From: Phoronis australis
Lineage: Eukaryota; Animalia; Phoronida
Length of the DNA: 64,000 nt
Direction: 5' to 3'
Assembly (NCBI GenBank): GCA_002633005.1
Contig: NMRA01000038.1
Location: 1,182,883-1,246,882, forward strand
Position 1 is the first letter of the stretch. Each line of letters begins with the position of its first letter. The notes under the pieces are model-generated. The model saw only the letters and a list, made by a program, of their open reading frames with translations. It did no database searches and was not told where the DNA came from. The translations under genes were made by a program, and so were the position numbers. Below, piece after piece: positions 39,001 through 51,946 of this stretch.

Positions 39001-40757
39001 CAATAAATCATTAAACTGAACAAAAATGTTTCCCTCAAACTCCTCTGGGTTAAACTGGAGTATTCAGGTGTCATGAAGTTTTTTTTTGGTTCATGCTGGG
39101 TATCCAAGTGTATGTCATTTGTGAATTGGTGAGTAAGCTCAGCTCATTAATTGTTAACCCTTACTGTAATGCCATCAGCCAAGTTAAAACTGGTCTCTCT
39201 GTGGCTTGTTGGTGTCTATATCCTCTCATGTCAGTTCTTATCATACACTACCACTTGGCAAAAGAGTCCAGGAAGCCTGTATTTGTAATGCTAATCGCCT
39301 TTTGGGCATACTGTGTCTGTTTAAGATCACACGTGTCAGTTTTGATATTCTCAGTATGAAGTGAAGAAACCAATGAATTAAAAAAAAACGGTGATTGGAA
39401 AAGCATCTCGTTTGACACATTCTCATGTGAGACTATTGTTGCTACCTTTTGCTCAGTTTCCTCTATGTCTAGTATATGTTTGGAATTTGGCTCTCAGCAG
39501 ACCCTTTGTGCACCACATGCACTTGTGTATTCACCATAATTTCAAAGACTGGGGAAAAACATGAATTTCCAAAAATATGTAAACACTTGCAGCAGGCACT
39601 AGTTCATTTGTTGTTTCACACCATTGCTTTATGTGATAATTGCAAGCGCTGATTGTTTTATTTTGTCCCAAAACCACTTACTGTGTGATTTTAAATTTTG
39701 ACAGTGTGTGCAGGTACGCCTGTGGATTACAGCATGGTTTTGTAGGACCTTGTCTTCAACAAGTCTGTATTTAGCCAAATTTCTACAATACTACACAATA
39801 AAACTCCGAGAATGTATACATTTTCTAATGTAGAGAGCCTGTAAAATTTAGATTGTGACATTAATTTGGTCATGTGACATTGATCTGGTCATGTGACCTT
39901 GTCTGTTTAGTAAAATTTAGGAAAAACAAAAGGTGCACTTTTAGCAAAATAACAGTGTCAATAACATGAACAAATCTTGTTTGACATCAATTCTAACATG
40001 AAATCTCAAACGTTTCAGTTTCCTAAATTATTGTTTAGCTTCTTGAAACTTTCAATTTTTTATTAACCATGAAAGTCCTGTTTTTGATAACCGTTCATGC
40101 AACAGTGGAACATTTTAAAAAGCAATTCCTGCTTTTGTTGTGGAGACCGTTGCATGAAGCGCAGTACCTGAAAGTGTCATATAAACTCCGTGATAACAAG
40201 TAGCAGCGTATGTTAATAAAAATGATGGATTTAAGTACTAGTCCACAAGACCACCAGCCATCCAGCAGCAAGGTGAGGGTCAGCCGATTTTCACCAAATT
40301 TGACACATAGGTAGTCCTATGGGATCTAAACAGTTTTAAAATATTTCTCCAAAATATTACGTTCTACCAAAGTTATGGGCTCAAACACATTTTACAGCTT
40401 CGCAGCCACTGTCCAAATTTAACTGTTTACATTTTTCCTTGAATGAAAGCTCTTGAACTATTATTCACATGTTTAGTGATGCCAGTAGATTGTTACACAG
40501 ATGACTTGAAAAAAAGATACTGATTTGTCTCCCTCATTTAGTAGTTTTACTACACTACCCCCCTCTTATGCATTTTGAGGTTATGTTTAATACACTGCTA
40601 TACCAAATCTGCTCATGTCCTACTGCTGTGAGAATGAAACTTGGCCAAAATGTTGACAAAACATGTTACTTTCATTGCATAAAATCATAAAATAAAAACT
40701 TTGTCAGTCAGTTAATTAGCTATACATTTTGGCATCTCAAATGTACTAATATGATAA

Positions 40758-41860
40758 TTTTTATGCACCCACATATTTATATGTGGACGCATTATGCCGT
40801 CATCTCCGTCCGTCCGTCCGCCCGTCCGTCCGTCCGGGCGGCGTCCGGCGTCCGGCGTCCGCTGCTCTATCTCCAAAACCCTTTGACATACGTTCATGAA
40901 ATTTGGCACATATGTTCCATTCATGAATGGGACGGCATGTGCGAACTTTCGGACGGATCCGACTACCGGTGTGCCCCCTAGTGGCAATTTTAGTTTTTTA
41001 CGCTTACCTTTGTATCTTCAAAAGTCCTGAACGGATTTTCATGAAATTTGGTATGTAGGCACCTAATAGTGAGATGACGCTATCCTCCCGTTTTCAGATA
41101 GATTCGACATAGTTTGCGCCACCTAGTGGCCATTTTTACTGTTTTCGAGTCTGTATTTTTGCGTCCACCCCTCTATCAATCAAACCGCTCAAAGGATGAT
41201 TGTGAAAATTGCCGTGTATGTGCTTACTATAAGGAAGACAGCTGACAATGATTTTCAGACGATTTGGACTACTGTGGCACCTCCTAGTGGCAGTTTTGTT
41301 TTTTTTGCGCCCATGGTTGTATCTCCCAAACCGTTTGCAGGATCTTTACTAAATTTAGCAAGTGTATTGATGTGATGTTGACAACGGACGATGACGACTT
41401 TAGGATGATTCTGACTACCGGTATGCCTCTAGTGGCAATTTTAGTATTTGCCTCTAGTGGCAATTTATAGTATTTTACATTGACCTCTGTATTTTCATAG
41501 GTCTTCAGGTGTATACTTTGTGTTACTTCGTGACTATGAAGGAAAAGTTCCAAGTAGAAATTTGTTTCTGGCATTCTAATGCTATGCTAATCTCGTATGT
41601 TGGTAAATTTGTTTTTATTCTATGTTTCTGTGGTGCTTTAAGCAACTGGTGTATAGGATGTGCTTATATTATGAAGATTACTCACATTGTGCCCCTAGCC
41701 TATTGAGGAGACAATGACCATGCCTTTCCATTTTGCTAAGTACAACATACTTCATATATGCTCTCTACTGGCCACTTTGTGGTACCAATAAACAACCCTA
41801 GAAGGATACCGTATGCGGTGCAATTGTGGGCGCATTTCAACGCTCTGCGTTGCTCTTGTT
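40758..41860 (+). mobile_element. Apparently complete non-autonomous Helentron/DINE-1-like element (HINE)
   Basis: T-rich ends; 5' hairpin atgcacccacat (40763-74) / atgtggacgcat (40781-92); (GTCC)n microsatellite ~40807-40862; ~150-bp internal subrepeats; 3' subterminal IR tgtgggcgcat (41825-35); 3' hairpin caacgc-tct-gcgttg (41838-52) followed by ctcttgtt. Confidence 0.88.
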
Positions 41861-43749
41861 CAAATATCTGAGATCGTTGCGTCAGCTCGTAAAATCAGAT
41901 TGTCTTTAATGTTTATTGATATTTTGCAATGAGTTTGTTCCACCTGAATGTTTTGAATGTTTTGTTACTTACCACCTAGGACTATAGTACACCTAGATAG
42001 CATACGGGGCTCCATTTTTGTTAAAATCGATTATGGCCTCCCCAGTGAACAGGGTTAGACATGAACTCGACAAATGTAGGTTGTTTTAATTTATATTTTT
42101 TATGCCTTGTAATTTCCATATGGGTATTTCTTCACACATGTTCAGATCAAATTTTCTGTTGATTAAATGTTTATGCCGATAACTGCTTGTCATCTTTATT
42201 ATAGCAACGGGAACAATGAAGATGCTAATCTATTGTTCTCAATGCAACCAGGTTTCCTGTGGATGTCCACAGAAGAGGAATCCCAAAGTATCCACAATCA
42301 CTTATCACGCACCTCAGTAACTCTTACCATGCACATGAATCCTTCCGGTGGAACCTAAACACCAATTTTTTATATCCATGTATTTTGTTGTATTTGCTCA
42401 TGGTTTGGGTTCAGACTCTGTTGTATTAAGATTCCAATCCCCAACCCTAAGTATACAGATTGAGTAAAAGTTCTAGACAATGCAGGTTTATGGATTTATT
42501 CTCTTTTAAATGAAGAGTAAAGATCAAATTCTGCACTGGTTTTTCAAAAGTAATCACTTACTGGAAGATCACACACCTAAAAATAATACAGTGTTTGACA
42601 ATTTTATTCCTTATCTTATTTGAAAGTAATAGCCTGGTTTTTTGACATTATTGTATCGTGTGTGATGTCTGTAAAGGGGGTCGTAGAACAGAAAAAAGAA
42701 CACTTCAGAGGCGCAAACATATTGTAAGCAATAGGTATTTGATTATTTTTGTTATCTGTCTAATATGTAAATGTTACCGTATTATTTTCAAAAATAATTC
42801 ATCACAATTTGTAAAGCAAATTGAAAAAGGTATTTTGATGTTTTTGCCCTGTATGATTGATATGTAGTATGTGATTCAGTGTGGGCAGCTAAATAGAGTT
42901 TGTTCCTGAATTTACGAAACATGATGAATTGAAAACATAACTGGATTACTATCAAGTACCATGCCCTGTGTGTTTTCTGTACTATCTACTGCCATCTTTT
43001 CCTTTCCGTTTGTCTTGTGAACGGTTATGTGCAAGTCAGTTGAGTATTCAGTTTGGTGCTCTCTTTGGTCACATGTTCAGATGCTGCTGTTGTTCTTGGC
43101 ATATAGCCAAACTGTTGCCTTTTCCAAGAAAGGGGCAATAGTTTCCAAGGAAGTTGTCGAGTTTGTCTACTTAAATCTTCCCATGAATAGTGGACATGTT
43201 GACATGTTGCATCTCATTAGCTGTTCTTATGGGGAGGATAGTTTGTGTCAGTGGGAGTTCTCACAGCATGGCACCACTAATGCTCCACTTTAATTGCAAT
43301 TACACAACATTAGATAACAAACCGGATCAGCATGAGTCATTAGTAATATTTACACACAGACTGTCTCCAGGTGCTTGCATTAGCAATAGCAAACTGCAAA
43401 CCATGTGGACTACCAGCGGATCACCCATGTATACGCTATTGCACAAACGTGATAGAGAGGATCCGTTCCGCCTCGCCCCAGTTTGTGTTTACGCATGCTG
43501 TTAAAACTGGAGCAAGTGATTGACTGCAAGTTGCTCCACCTCTTAAACTGGTATCAAAAATGGCTGCCGCGATATCAACTTGTTCCATATCAGTTGTGTT
43601 TACACATTCACACTTGTCAGCTGTTCTGTGCTAGTTTCTTCCTGTGATAACTGTCTCCCTTGTGAGTGTGACTAGTGTGTAGTATGGACCTTTTTTTGCC
43701 AAATGTTTTGCATTATTCAACTGTTATATCATTTTCTTGTCATTAAAGC

Positions 43750-43845
43750 CAGTGGCAGATTTTGAGGGGGAAGGGCCAAGGGGGCCATGCTCCCCCCAAA
43801 AAAAATTCTCCCAGATTCCATTTGACAGTTTAGTGGTGCGATTGT
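43750..43845 (+). mobile_element. 5' fragment of hAT-like MITE (family of 60305-60457)
   Basis: cagtggcagattttgagggg...ggccaagggggccatg...aaaattctcccagattccatt matches the 5' part of 60305-60457. Confidence 0.65.
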
Positions 43846-44709
43846 TAAAAATTAACTTTTCATTAAGGCTGTTATCCACAATAAAATCTGTCTAATTTTT
43901 TTCTTACTTGGAGTTAGAAGTATGTTCTAGTCTTACGGAAAACTTGACTATTGCTTATGGTTTGAGACATGGCCCAGTAAGGTGGTTTTACAGGCCGTTA
44001 TTTTATGCTCTGAACATGGTCACACGCAGTGATGAATTGTCAGTTGTTTTCTAATTCTGTGAAAGAAACATGTTGAAATTAGTTTTCTAGCTGAAAATGA
44101 TCTTGGATTGCCCTACACAAAAGTTAGTCTTTTTAGCTAAAGGCAGCTTTATATCGTCTTTAAATGCTCTGAAAATGTGTCATCCTTTGCCAACTTTTGT
44201 TTTATTAGCTCAAATTGAACAATAGTTGTAAAATAAGAAACACTAACTAATATTAGTAACAAACCTCTAAAAACATGTAAATGCCAAAATGGAGTTGTTT
44301 GAAACGAAGCTTAAGATTACGTAAGAGTGTGATTAAGTCATTTCTTGGCTTGTATTGAGATTGACTCGTAGAATTTTTTACTTGAAGAAACAGTATTCTA
44401 TGTTAGTTAAAGATCCTACAGTATAAACCTGTCTTCCACCAAAAAACTAATTTTTGGTTTAGTTATTTGCTCAAATTTGAGATTTCTAGACTGTCACGTC
44501 ATTGTTGCTCAACATGACTCATCGTGGCATGTCATTTTATGTGCGGAACATGGTCTTGAGCAATAATGTTGAGCAATAATGATTTGTCAATTTTTCCAAG
44601 CTCAATAACTATAAAAAAAAAAATAATTGCAGGCGGTCTGATACACGTTGTACCAGATGTGCACAGGCCTCGCATGTGGGCCCATTGCACTGATCAATAA
44701 CTACTCACT

Positions 44710-44951
44710 TTACGATCTCGCCTACGTTGGACGAAAATAATTCTCAAAAAGTTATGCTTTTTTTGTTTTTCAAGGCTTCCAGCATTGCCGCGAGTGCCCA
44801 TGGTACCACAAAGCATTGTCTGGTAGTAGCTATGGCCTTGAACTTTAAAATGATAAGATATTTATTTTGGTGTTACATATCATTTGTGAGAAAAATGGAA
44901 AAAAATTTATCCGTCTGCCATATTGCGTCCTAAATTGGTGAGATTTTACCG
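44710..44951 (+). mobile_element. ~240-bp Tc1/mariner-type MITE family, copy 4
   Basis: Ends ttgcgtcctaaattggtgagattttaccg|ta; body colinear with 20617-20860. A further 3' fragment lies at ~14590-14670. Confidence 0.7.
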
Positions 44952-45006
44952 TAATGCTCTTCGTAGTAAAGGAGTTAGGTTAGGGTCAGTTTTGTAGTGG
45001 TCTTAA

Positions 45007-46682
45007 AGGAGAATGCCACCCTATTTAATTAGTCTTTTTTACCGTCTTAATAGATCTATGTCCACATCGCCTCTTTTACGGTCGACCTCACCTTGCCGAG
45101 AGGTGTCGCGTTAACCTGTGAGGAAGGTGAGAAACTGATGCAGCAAGGTCAGTGGTTCATCTGCAGAGTGAATGCCACTATATTGCGGTGCATCGTTCCC
45201 GCTTGTCCGAACTATGAAGCTGCGAAGAAAGTGGGTATATTGTTTTTTCGACTTCCTCGAGAGCCCGAAATGCTTAGAAAGTAGCTGGCGGTAGTGAAGA
45301 ATGAAAGTACACTGTTAATTGCAGGTATGAGGGCATGAAACATCTCTGTGTCTGCGGCCGGCATTTCCTCGACAGTGATTTCTCTGATGAATTATGACTT
45401 GCCTAAGAACTATCCATACATTCCGTTGCCTGAGCATGTTCACGGCGGCTCTCTAGTATTATTTCTTGATCGGTGTATTCCGGTTCGTACTGATAGCTTG
45501 TGAAACCTAACGATCCGACCCGTGAAGTCTTCGTTCGATGAGCTCTCAACTATGTCGGGATTGGCGCCGGGCGTGTTGCCATGTAGACGTTTATTATTCT
45601 TCGTTCTGTTTCAAAATGAATCAATTCTCTCCCTAACCAATAATTATATAAAACTGAAACAAAGCCTGTCTCATTAGATACAATTTTGTAATGCCTTTGG
45701 AGTGTTCCTGAGTGCAAATGTTTTGAGAAGCCAGCAATGAATAAACCACTGCGTTACCGGCTTTAGATGCGATAAAGGTAAGTGACCGGGCACCGAGGCC
45801 GTGTGAGCGCATGCTAATTCAGTGTTTGCTGATAGAAAGCTGTTTTGAAACAATAACTCGATTTTATATGCTATGGTCACATGTTAGGGGAATCTTTATT
45901 TAGATATACAAATACGTTATTCGAAACATTGTTATTGTACTACCTTTGTCCTGCCGGTGTGTGGAAGGGGAACCTGATTTCGCGGCCCCTGATAAGTAAG
46001 TAGATTTTCAGTTTCGTGGCTAATTCACCTACATAATTACCTGCACATTATTTCTTTGGCTCACTATTATAGTCTTTTCATGAGTGGAGGTTTAGTTTCC
46101 AACTTAAGCTGGTTTATGCTCGCGATGTCCAGTCCCAGTGGCCGTCACTGGCCTGATTGGGTTCCGAGCCACTGGCAGGGAGAGACAAACGTTTATGTGT
46201 TTAGAACTGAAAAAAAATCACAAGTCTAAAAGTACAACACACAGCTAATTGTTCCCCCGTCTGAATTTCACGGAAGAATGATTCGAATTTGTCACTAAGA
46301 ACAGACCCAAACTCCCGCGATCGACCATGGTAAATTGGCCTACCGAACTCTGTAGGCTACGGTATGTTGAAATACCTATAAATCCGTAACAGTGAAATAA
46401 AACAACACGTTTGTTCAAGAACTCGATGTATTTGTAAGGGGTTTACATCGAATTTTGATGATTTATTGATGTAAAACGATGAATGTAAACGATTAGTTGA
46501 AACCAGTAACCATGTTGTGAATGGCTGAACAGCCTGCGTTAGAACACATTACGTCATTGGTTAATTTCAACACCTCCATCTGCCATTAGGTGTCCGGTAA
46601 AACAACTGAGCTGGCTGTTATCTAGTGAAACTACTCAATCTAAATTGATACAAAATAGGTTGTTTTTGGGTGGCATTCTCCT
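45007..46682 (+). mobile_element. Kolobok-type non-autonomous DNA transposon, 1676 bp, TTAA TSD
   Basis: ttaa|aggagaatgccaccc ... gggtggcattctcct|ttaa: perfect 15-bp TIR, RR..YY termini, TTAA duplication. Carries a THAP remnant, as expected for Kolobok transposases. Confidence 0.88.
45183..45382 (+). pseudogene. THAP zinc-finger domain remnant inside the Kolobok-type element
   Basis: LRCIVPACPNYEAAKKVGILFFRLPREPEMLRK*LAVVKN (TAG at 45282-84 where the conserved THAP Trp is expected), then in another frame HLCVCGRHFLDSDF; gives the C-x4-C...FxLP...W...CxxHF signature. Confidence 0.85.
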
Positions 46683-46831
46683 TTAATAGTCAAGTGTTTG
46701 TTTCTTTTGTGGGATGTGGGTTTATTGTTGATTGCTGTTATGCGTAATTATTTGACTATGATTTTTTTTAATTCTGGTTGTTTGTTCTAGTTACTTATGT
46801 CCGTAGTAAGGTTTCTTTTTGATCTTTGCAG

Positions 46832-46882
46832 CTCAATAATGCTTACGTTAGGGACCAGTGGTATCACTCTCTACAGTGGAAG
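46832..46882 (+). CDS. CMIP: CMIP 51-nt coding exon: LNNAYVRDQWYHSLQWK (PH-domain C-terminal helix)
   Basis: Acceptor tctttgcag|CTC, donor AAG|gtaaga; phase 0-0; matches recalled AANSYLRDQWFHSLQWK. Confidence 0.93.
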
Positions 46883-47881
46883 GTAAGAATGTCACTTGGG
46901 TGGAATGTTATTGCTGAACACTTGCACTGAGCGATGAGTATGATGGTGAATTCATCAAGCTTGAATAATCACTAGTCTCAAGTTATAATGAACTTTCAGT
47001 TATTCCTTAACCCTCAAACCGCAAGGAACAACCTGAGACCTAAGGTTTAATGAGTGGTAAAGTAGAAAATTAGTTTATTTGACCGAAGGCCATCCTATAG
47101 GAGCTTTAATTATCTTGTTCAAGGTGCAGTTGTAAAAATGATTCATTAGAGGGGAACACTGTTTTATCGCATGTCATGCTGCCATTGTTGGACAATGCTT
47201 TTAATTTCACACAATAATTGAAGAATACGCTGCGTAAGCCCTGAGCCCAACCAATGTACACACCGGATAAATAAACTTTTTGCACGTATCTCATTCAGGT
47301 TGAAGTTGAAAGTGAGCAAATAGTATTTGAAATGATTTCATCAGGATTAACCAGTCATTATTTTGTTATGAATTGAAGCTACCTCAACAAAGACTGACTG
47401 GTTTGAAACACAGTTTTGCAACCTATGACTTTTCTTTTTCTGGGAATTTATGCAATCACTGTGTCGACACTTTGGTATTGGTATGAATTGACGAAAAGTT
47501 TAGATCACTCCTGACCTGAAACAGTATAATCAGTGCCGTATAACCTTTGTATCTTTGTTTTTCTAGTATCTTCTCCAGTGGTATTGATATAGCATTTTTG
47601 TTTGTCCCAATTTTTTTCTTTTGCAATATTAATTTAACAAAACAGTCCTGGCATTCATGAATTGATGGGAAAATGTGTGAAACAATTGTATCCGAGCAGC
47701 ACGGTAATCAGACAGACAGACAAACAAGACGGAAATGTGATGAGGTATGTATTTGCACACCAGTGAGTAATTACTCGCTGCGTGACGTGAATTCATGGAA
47801 ATGTATTATTAATCATTGCACACAGGAACATAATGTCATCATGACCTCTATTAACACAGTACTCTCCATTTGCCTGTACAG

Positions 47882-47953
47882 AGACAGATGTATCGCTTTG
47901 AAAAGATGTTGAAGAACTGCCAGCGGCCTGAGATTCTAGTCAAGGAAATTAAG
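47882..47953 (+). CDS. CMIP: CMIP coding exon: RQMYRFEKMLKNCQRPEILVKEIK
   Basis: Acceptor ctgtacag|AGA, donor AAG|gtgagt; 72 nt, phase 0-0; aligns with recalled [24 protein letters not shown]. Confidence 0.88.
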
Positions 47954-50292
47954 GTGAGTGCTCACTGCTTGAATTCATTGTGTATATCAGTTTTTGTAAA
48001 ACTGAAAAAATCTGTCAAAAAATGGGAACATTTCTGAGCTACTGATTTTTTGTCAAATTCTATTCTCGTGTCTTGTTCATGGACTTCCATTTTCGCTGTT
48101 TCTCGTAGCGCTTTTGTCAAAATCCGAGTCGGTGAAACACTCCGATACCAGAACGATACCCAATGCACGTTAGCCACGAGGCCAAGCCCAGTGCGCAATC
48201 CTTCTGAACCTAGCAAGACATGAAGTCTTGTTTGCATTCTTGACAACTTCACTGTTTTGCGGGTGACTGTAGTAATAGGATGGCACTGTCACTTCGTTTC
48301 CCTGTGCTGGTGTTTGGCATATCGTCACGAGACTGTAATTACGATGGTAGGGAATCGGTCGCAAATGGAAACCGACGTTAATTGACCAGCATTACCTGTA
48401 GGATGTAGGAGTCCGTTATGATATTCACAGAACGTTCAAATGCATGCACGGAGTGTTGTGCAATTGATGTTGTTGACATTTCCTCAGACGTCGTTACTAG
48501 GAAGTATCATAAATCATAGATCGCCTTCAGCTACTTGTCAAGTGCTCTGTTTAAGTCTTGTGATTTACTGCACTGATCACAATAGCCACTTCCTTGAGTA
48601 CCACTGCAGCATTTAACCTCATTGCTGCGTAACAGTAAGTCACTTGGCTCGCAGTTGTACACGGCTGCCGTGCTAATCGCTAGTTTGCATTAAGTTTATT
48701 TTGGACCATGCAAACATCTAAAATATTGAAGAGCTGAGTGAGACGTGACAAACTGTTCTTCACTTTGTCAGACTTTTCTCAGAAGTATTACCTTTGGAGA
48801 ACTAGGTCAATCCTACAGTGCATTTTCTACCTTGACATAGAAGAGAATTAATTCGGGTTCGGGAATTGTTACATCTCTGTGTGGTAAACTGCTTACCATA
48901 GATGTCATTGCCGTGAAAGTTTCTTGTCGTTGGCAAAGTATTACGGCTTATATTACAGAGTTAAAATAGTGGGTATATCATATATCAATGGATTTATTTT
49001 CTGTAATATAGGCCATAGGCCCACTGTACAAAAGAACAATATGTAATGTTCTTAAGAGTGCAGCAAGCTATCATGGAGACGAAAAGCGTAAATAAAAAGC
49101 GTAAAATACATATTTACATCATCACTCGTTGACATCAATTTACTAAACTGAAAAAAGACGGAAAATTCCAGTAGTGCACTTCAGTATAATTTTCTCTCGG
49201 TTCAGAATATTTATTACAGCTTAGAAGGAAATGATACTCGTCTTCTACAACATTGAGGCAGAAGGTACACACTCTGTTTGTCCTATCCAAATTCAAGTAT
49301 ACTAGTATTAGGGAATCGGATTTAGCCGGTTTACGCTAGACATGGGAAGTTGCCCTGGTTATACATGCTCCAGTCAAGAAACAAAAATATCACGAAAAGC
49401 TGTGCTGTTATCAATATTGTCGTCCAATTTTTTCCTTATCGAATTTCATTTTTTGTTAAATGTCATTGTTATAGTTATTTCAATGTACACAAATGTGATA
49501 GTGGTTATACCACGAAGTACACGCATTGTGTCTTTATTACCTGGTACCTCAAATTAACATGTACTGTTCTTTTCATGAATGTACATGTCACGTGTTTAGC
49601 TGCAGTGAACAAAGTCTTTAGTCAAATTATCTTGGTGCTATTCCCATCATAGTAGAGCGTGGAGTCGATTGCTGTGCGAACAGAATGTGGCAAAGAGAAA
49701 GCGCAGTGGCATTGGCATGAAGAATACAGCAGCTTCTGCGGAACATGTCTCACACAGTGTTCGACCTTCAGCAAATAAATGTGCTGGCCCACTGGGTCAG
49801 TTACTTGAATACGAGACCACATCCACATTGGCCTATGTGTGAAAATTTACTGGCCCAGCCGCAAATCCACTGGCCCCGGGCCACCGTGTATTTCGAACGC
49901 TGGTCTCCCACTGCGTTGTCTTCCAGCAAATGGAGTCTAGCCACACGCCTCTTTCAATATATCCAGTACCTGACCTTGTATTGCACACAGATATTCAAAT
50001 GATGTTCTATTGGGTTCATCAATGATTAGTGCTTGTAGGTTGTAAAGTTCAACGACCTTCGCCCAATAATATTCTTTGCTCCCTCATTTCCTTATTATGA
50101 AGATGAATTTTTCAACCAGTAATCGAGATTTTTAAGTAATTATTTACAAAAAGGCATTTCCAATCTTGAGTTGTTTTTTTCGTAGTAACCGGTACCTGTA
50201 AAAGAGAAAAGAAAAACAACGATCAAATATACTTGGGAGCCATTTTGATGCATCATTGTTCTCCATGGCCAGTTTTAATTTGTCGCTTCAAC

Positions 50293-50437
50293 AGGGTAGA
50301 GTTCAGTATTGCTAGGACCTCACAAAAAATCTCGCCAAAATCACGTGTTCTCATTTAAAATACATGGCAACATCTCATGTAGTCTTGCGAAGTCTTGCTT
50401 TTCAGTGAAGTTGTTAAGCGTTACTGAACTCAGGGCA
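50293..50437 (+). mobile_element. Short MITE, copy 2 (family of 11199-11318)
   Basis: gagttcagtattgct ... agcgttactgaactc inverted ends; core shared with 11199-11318. Confidence 0.6.
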
Positions 50438-50940
50438 GGTTTGCGGTGCTTCCATCACGTTTGAGTAACCTGCAACATACAGGCTTTTTTGCCCGTAACA
50501 AAGAATGCCTGCCAGGCCAAGTCCAGTTAGGTCTTTCTGACAAGGTTTAGATTTTCACATGGCATGACACACACAACATGAAAGTGTCACGCATGAAGAT
50601 ATGTATGCGATTCTAGACGTGATCAATCTTATTTGATAACTTGAAAATTTAACCATTAAAAGAAAGTGTTCAGAGGGATTATGTCATTCTGTACCGGTCC
50701 AATGTAACAAAAGGTTGACCCAGTCAAACATTAACACCTGACCTGACGCGGGGAAACCTCAAACACTTGAAACTGTCTTTGTTTACAATTGAATTTGAAC
50801 AAAAATGTAAAAATGTGGTGATTGTCTACTGTATACTACCATAATATTCCACAACAGGACTGATTCCACATCAGGTCTTAATGCCGAAATGAATTATTAA
50901 AACGTGAAACGCGAAACTTTTGAAGAGTTGATTCTGTAGG

Positions 50941-51629
50941 CTAGTAGTTATAAGCCTACGTCGGAGACAAAGGAAAACAAGGGCTGCATGGGCCTTGGTT
51001 CGCTTTTCACAAAACATGGACAAAAAGTAGATTTACAAGTATCTTTGGCAGTGCACTACAGACTGAAGTAAAGGATGAGATCTTGGCCACTTACCTGTAA
51101 TATAATTAACGGGAAGAATAAGCGAGGAACTCTCACCCCGTCATCATAGTTTCTTAGTTAGTCTCTATTATGAAGCACGCTACCGCAGCACACAGATTAC
51201 GCCTACGTGGCGGTGAACGGGTGTGCATAAAATACTGAGGCAGCCCTTCGCTTTACTGGAATTTCAGAAAATTATCCAACATTGACATAGTTTCTTTGAA
51301 TTCTCTCACCACCGAATATTAAGCACGCAACCTAGTAGCCGTAAACAGTAAACACAGGCCGCGGACGAATACCCTCGAATTGTGTTTGGCGTCAAGAAAG
51401 TAGCGAGTACGCCTGAGGCCACGACTCATTAAGACATAGAAGAAACATGCCAGGGATTTGCGCCCACAAAACCCGACACTTTTCCGTCATGGGAACTATT
51501 GGGAAGGAGGCGTCGAGCGAGGGCGGGTGTCCTTATGTCCTTACGTTCTTGAGTTGTTTCTGTCTGATGGACTCGAACAGCAATCGCACGTCAACATCCG
51601 TGGCCGAAATTAGCATTTTAATATATAGA
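50941..51629 (-). mobile_element. Possible non-autonomous Helitron
   Basis: Minus strand begins A|TCTATATATTAAAATGC at 51629, a typical Helitron 5' TC terminus. The body is CpG-richer than the flanks. A candidate CTAG 3' end at ~50941 is not followed by the expected T, so the 3' boundary is uncertain. Confidence 0.4.
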
Positions 51630-51946
51630 TTATCATGACGATGCAGCTTCAGAATGACTTGATATTTCAATATTCAGAAAAAAAACAAGTGGCAGTTTAT
51701 GTTTGACATATGTGTTGCAAATGCAGATTTGCATCTGTGAAGCTCCATTTTCAAAGTTAAAAAAACGGATTCTGGGATGAATAGAAAAAAGATAATAGAA
51801 TATGAGATAAATTTACAGGTAGATGCTATGGAAGAATGAGAATTTAATTAGTGATCAATTTGATTGCTTGTATTGGTAATTTGGTAATCATGTCGTTGGG
51901 CACAAAACTGTTATTCAGTGATAATCTGTTTCTGATTGCTTTCCAG

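Noticed and set aside
11719-39898. Small two-copy tandem duplications (~11720-11775, ~29958-30010, ~39855-39897)
   Set aside because: Real but ordinary replication-slippage products with no further structure.
40712-40987. Overlapping ORFs on both strands with RP/GR repeats
   Set aside because: Produced by the (GTCC)n microsatellite and core of the HINE element.
40960-41465. CRISPR-like repeat-spacer array
   Set aside because: The units are ~145-160 bp and homologous along their length, the repeats are degenerate, there are no cas genes, and the context is a eukaryotic intron.
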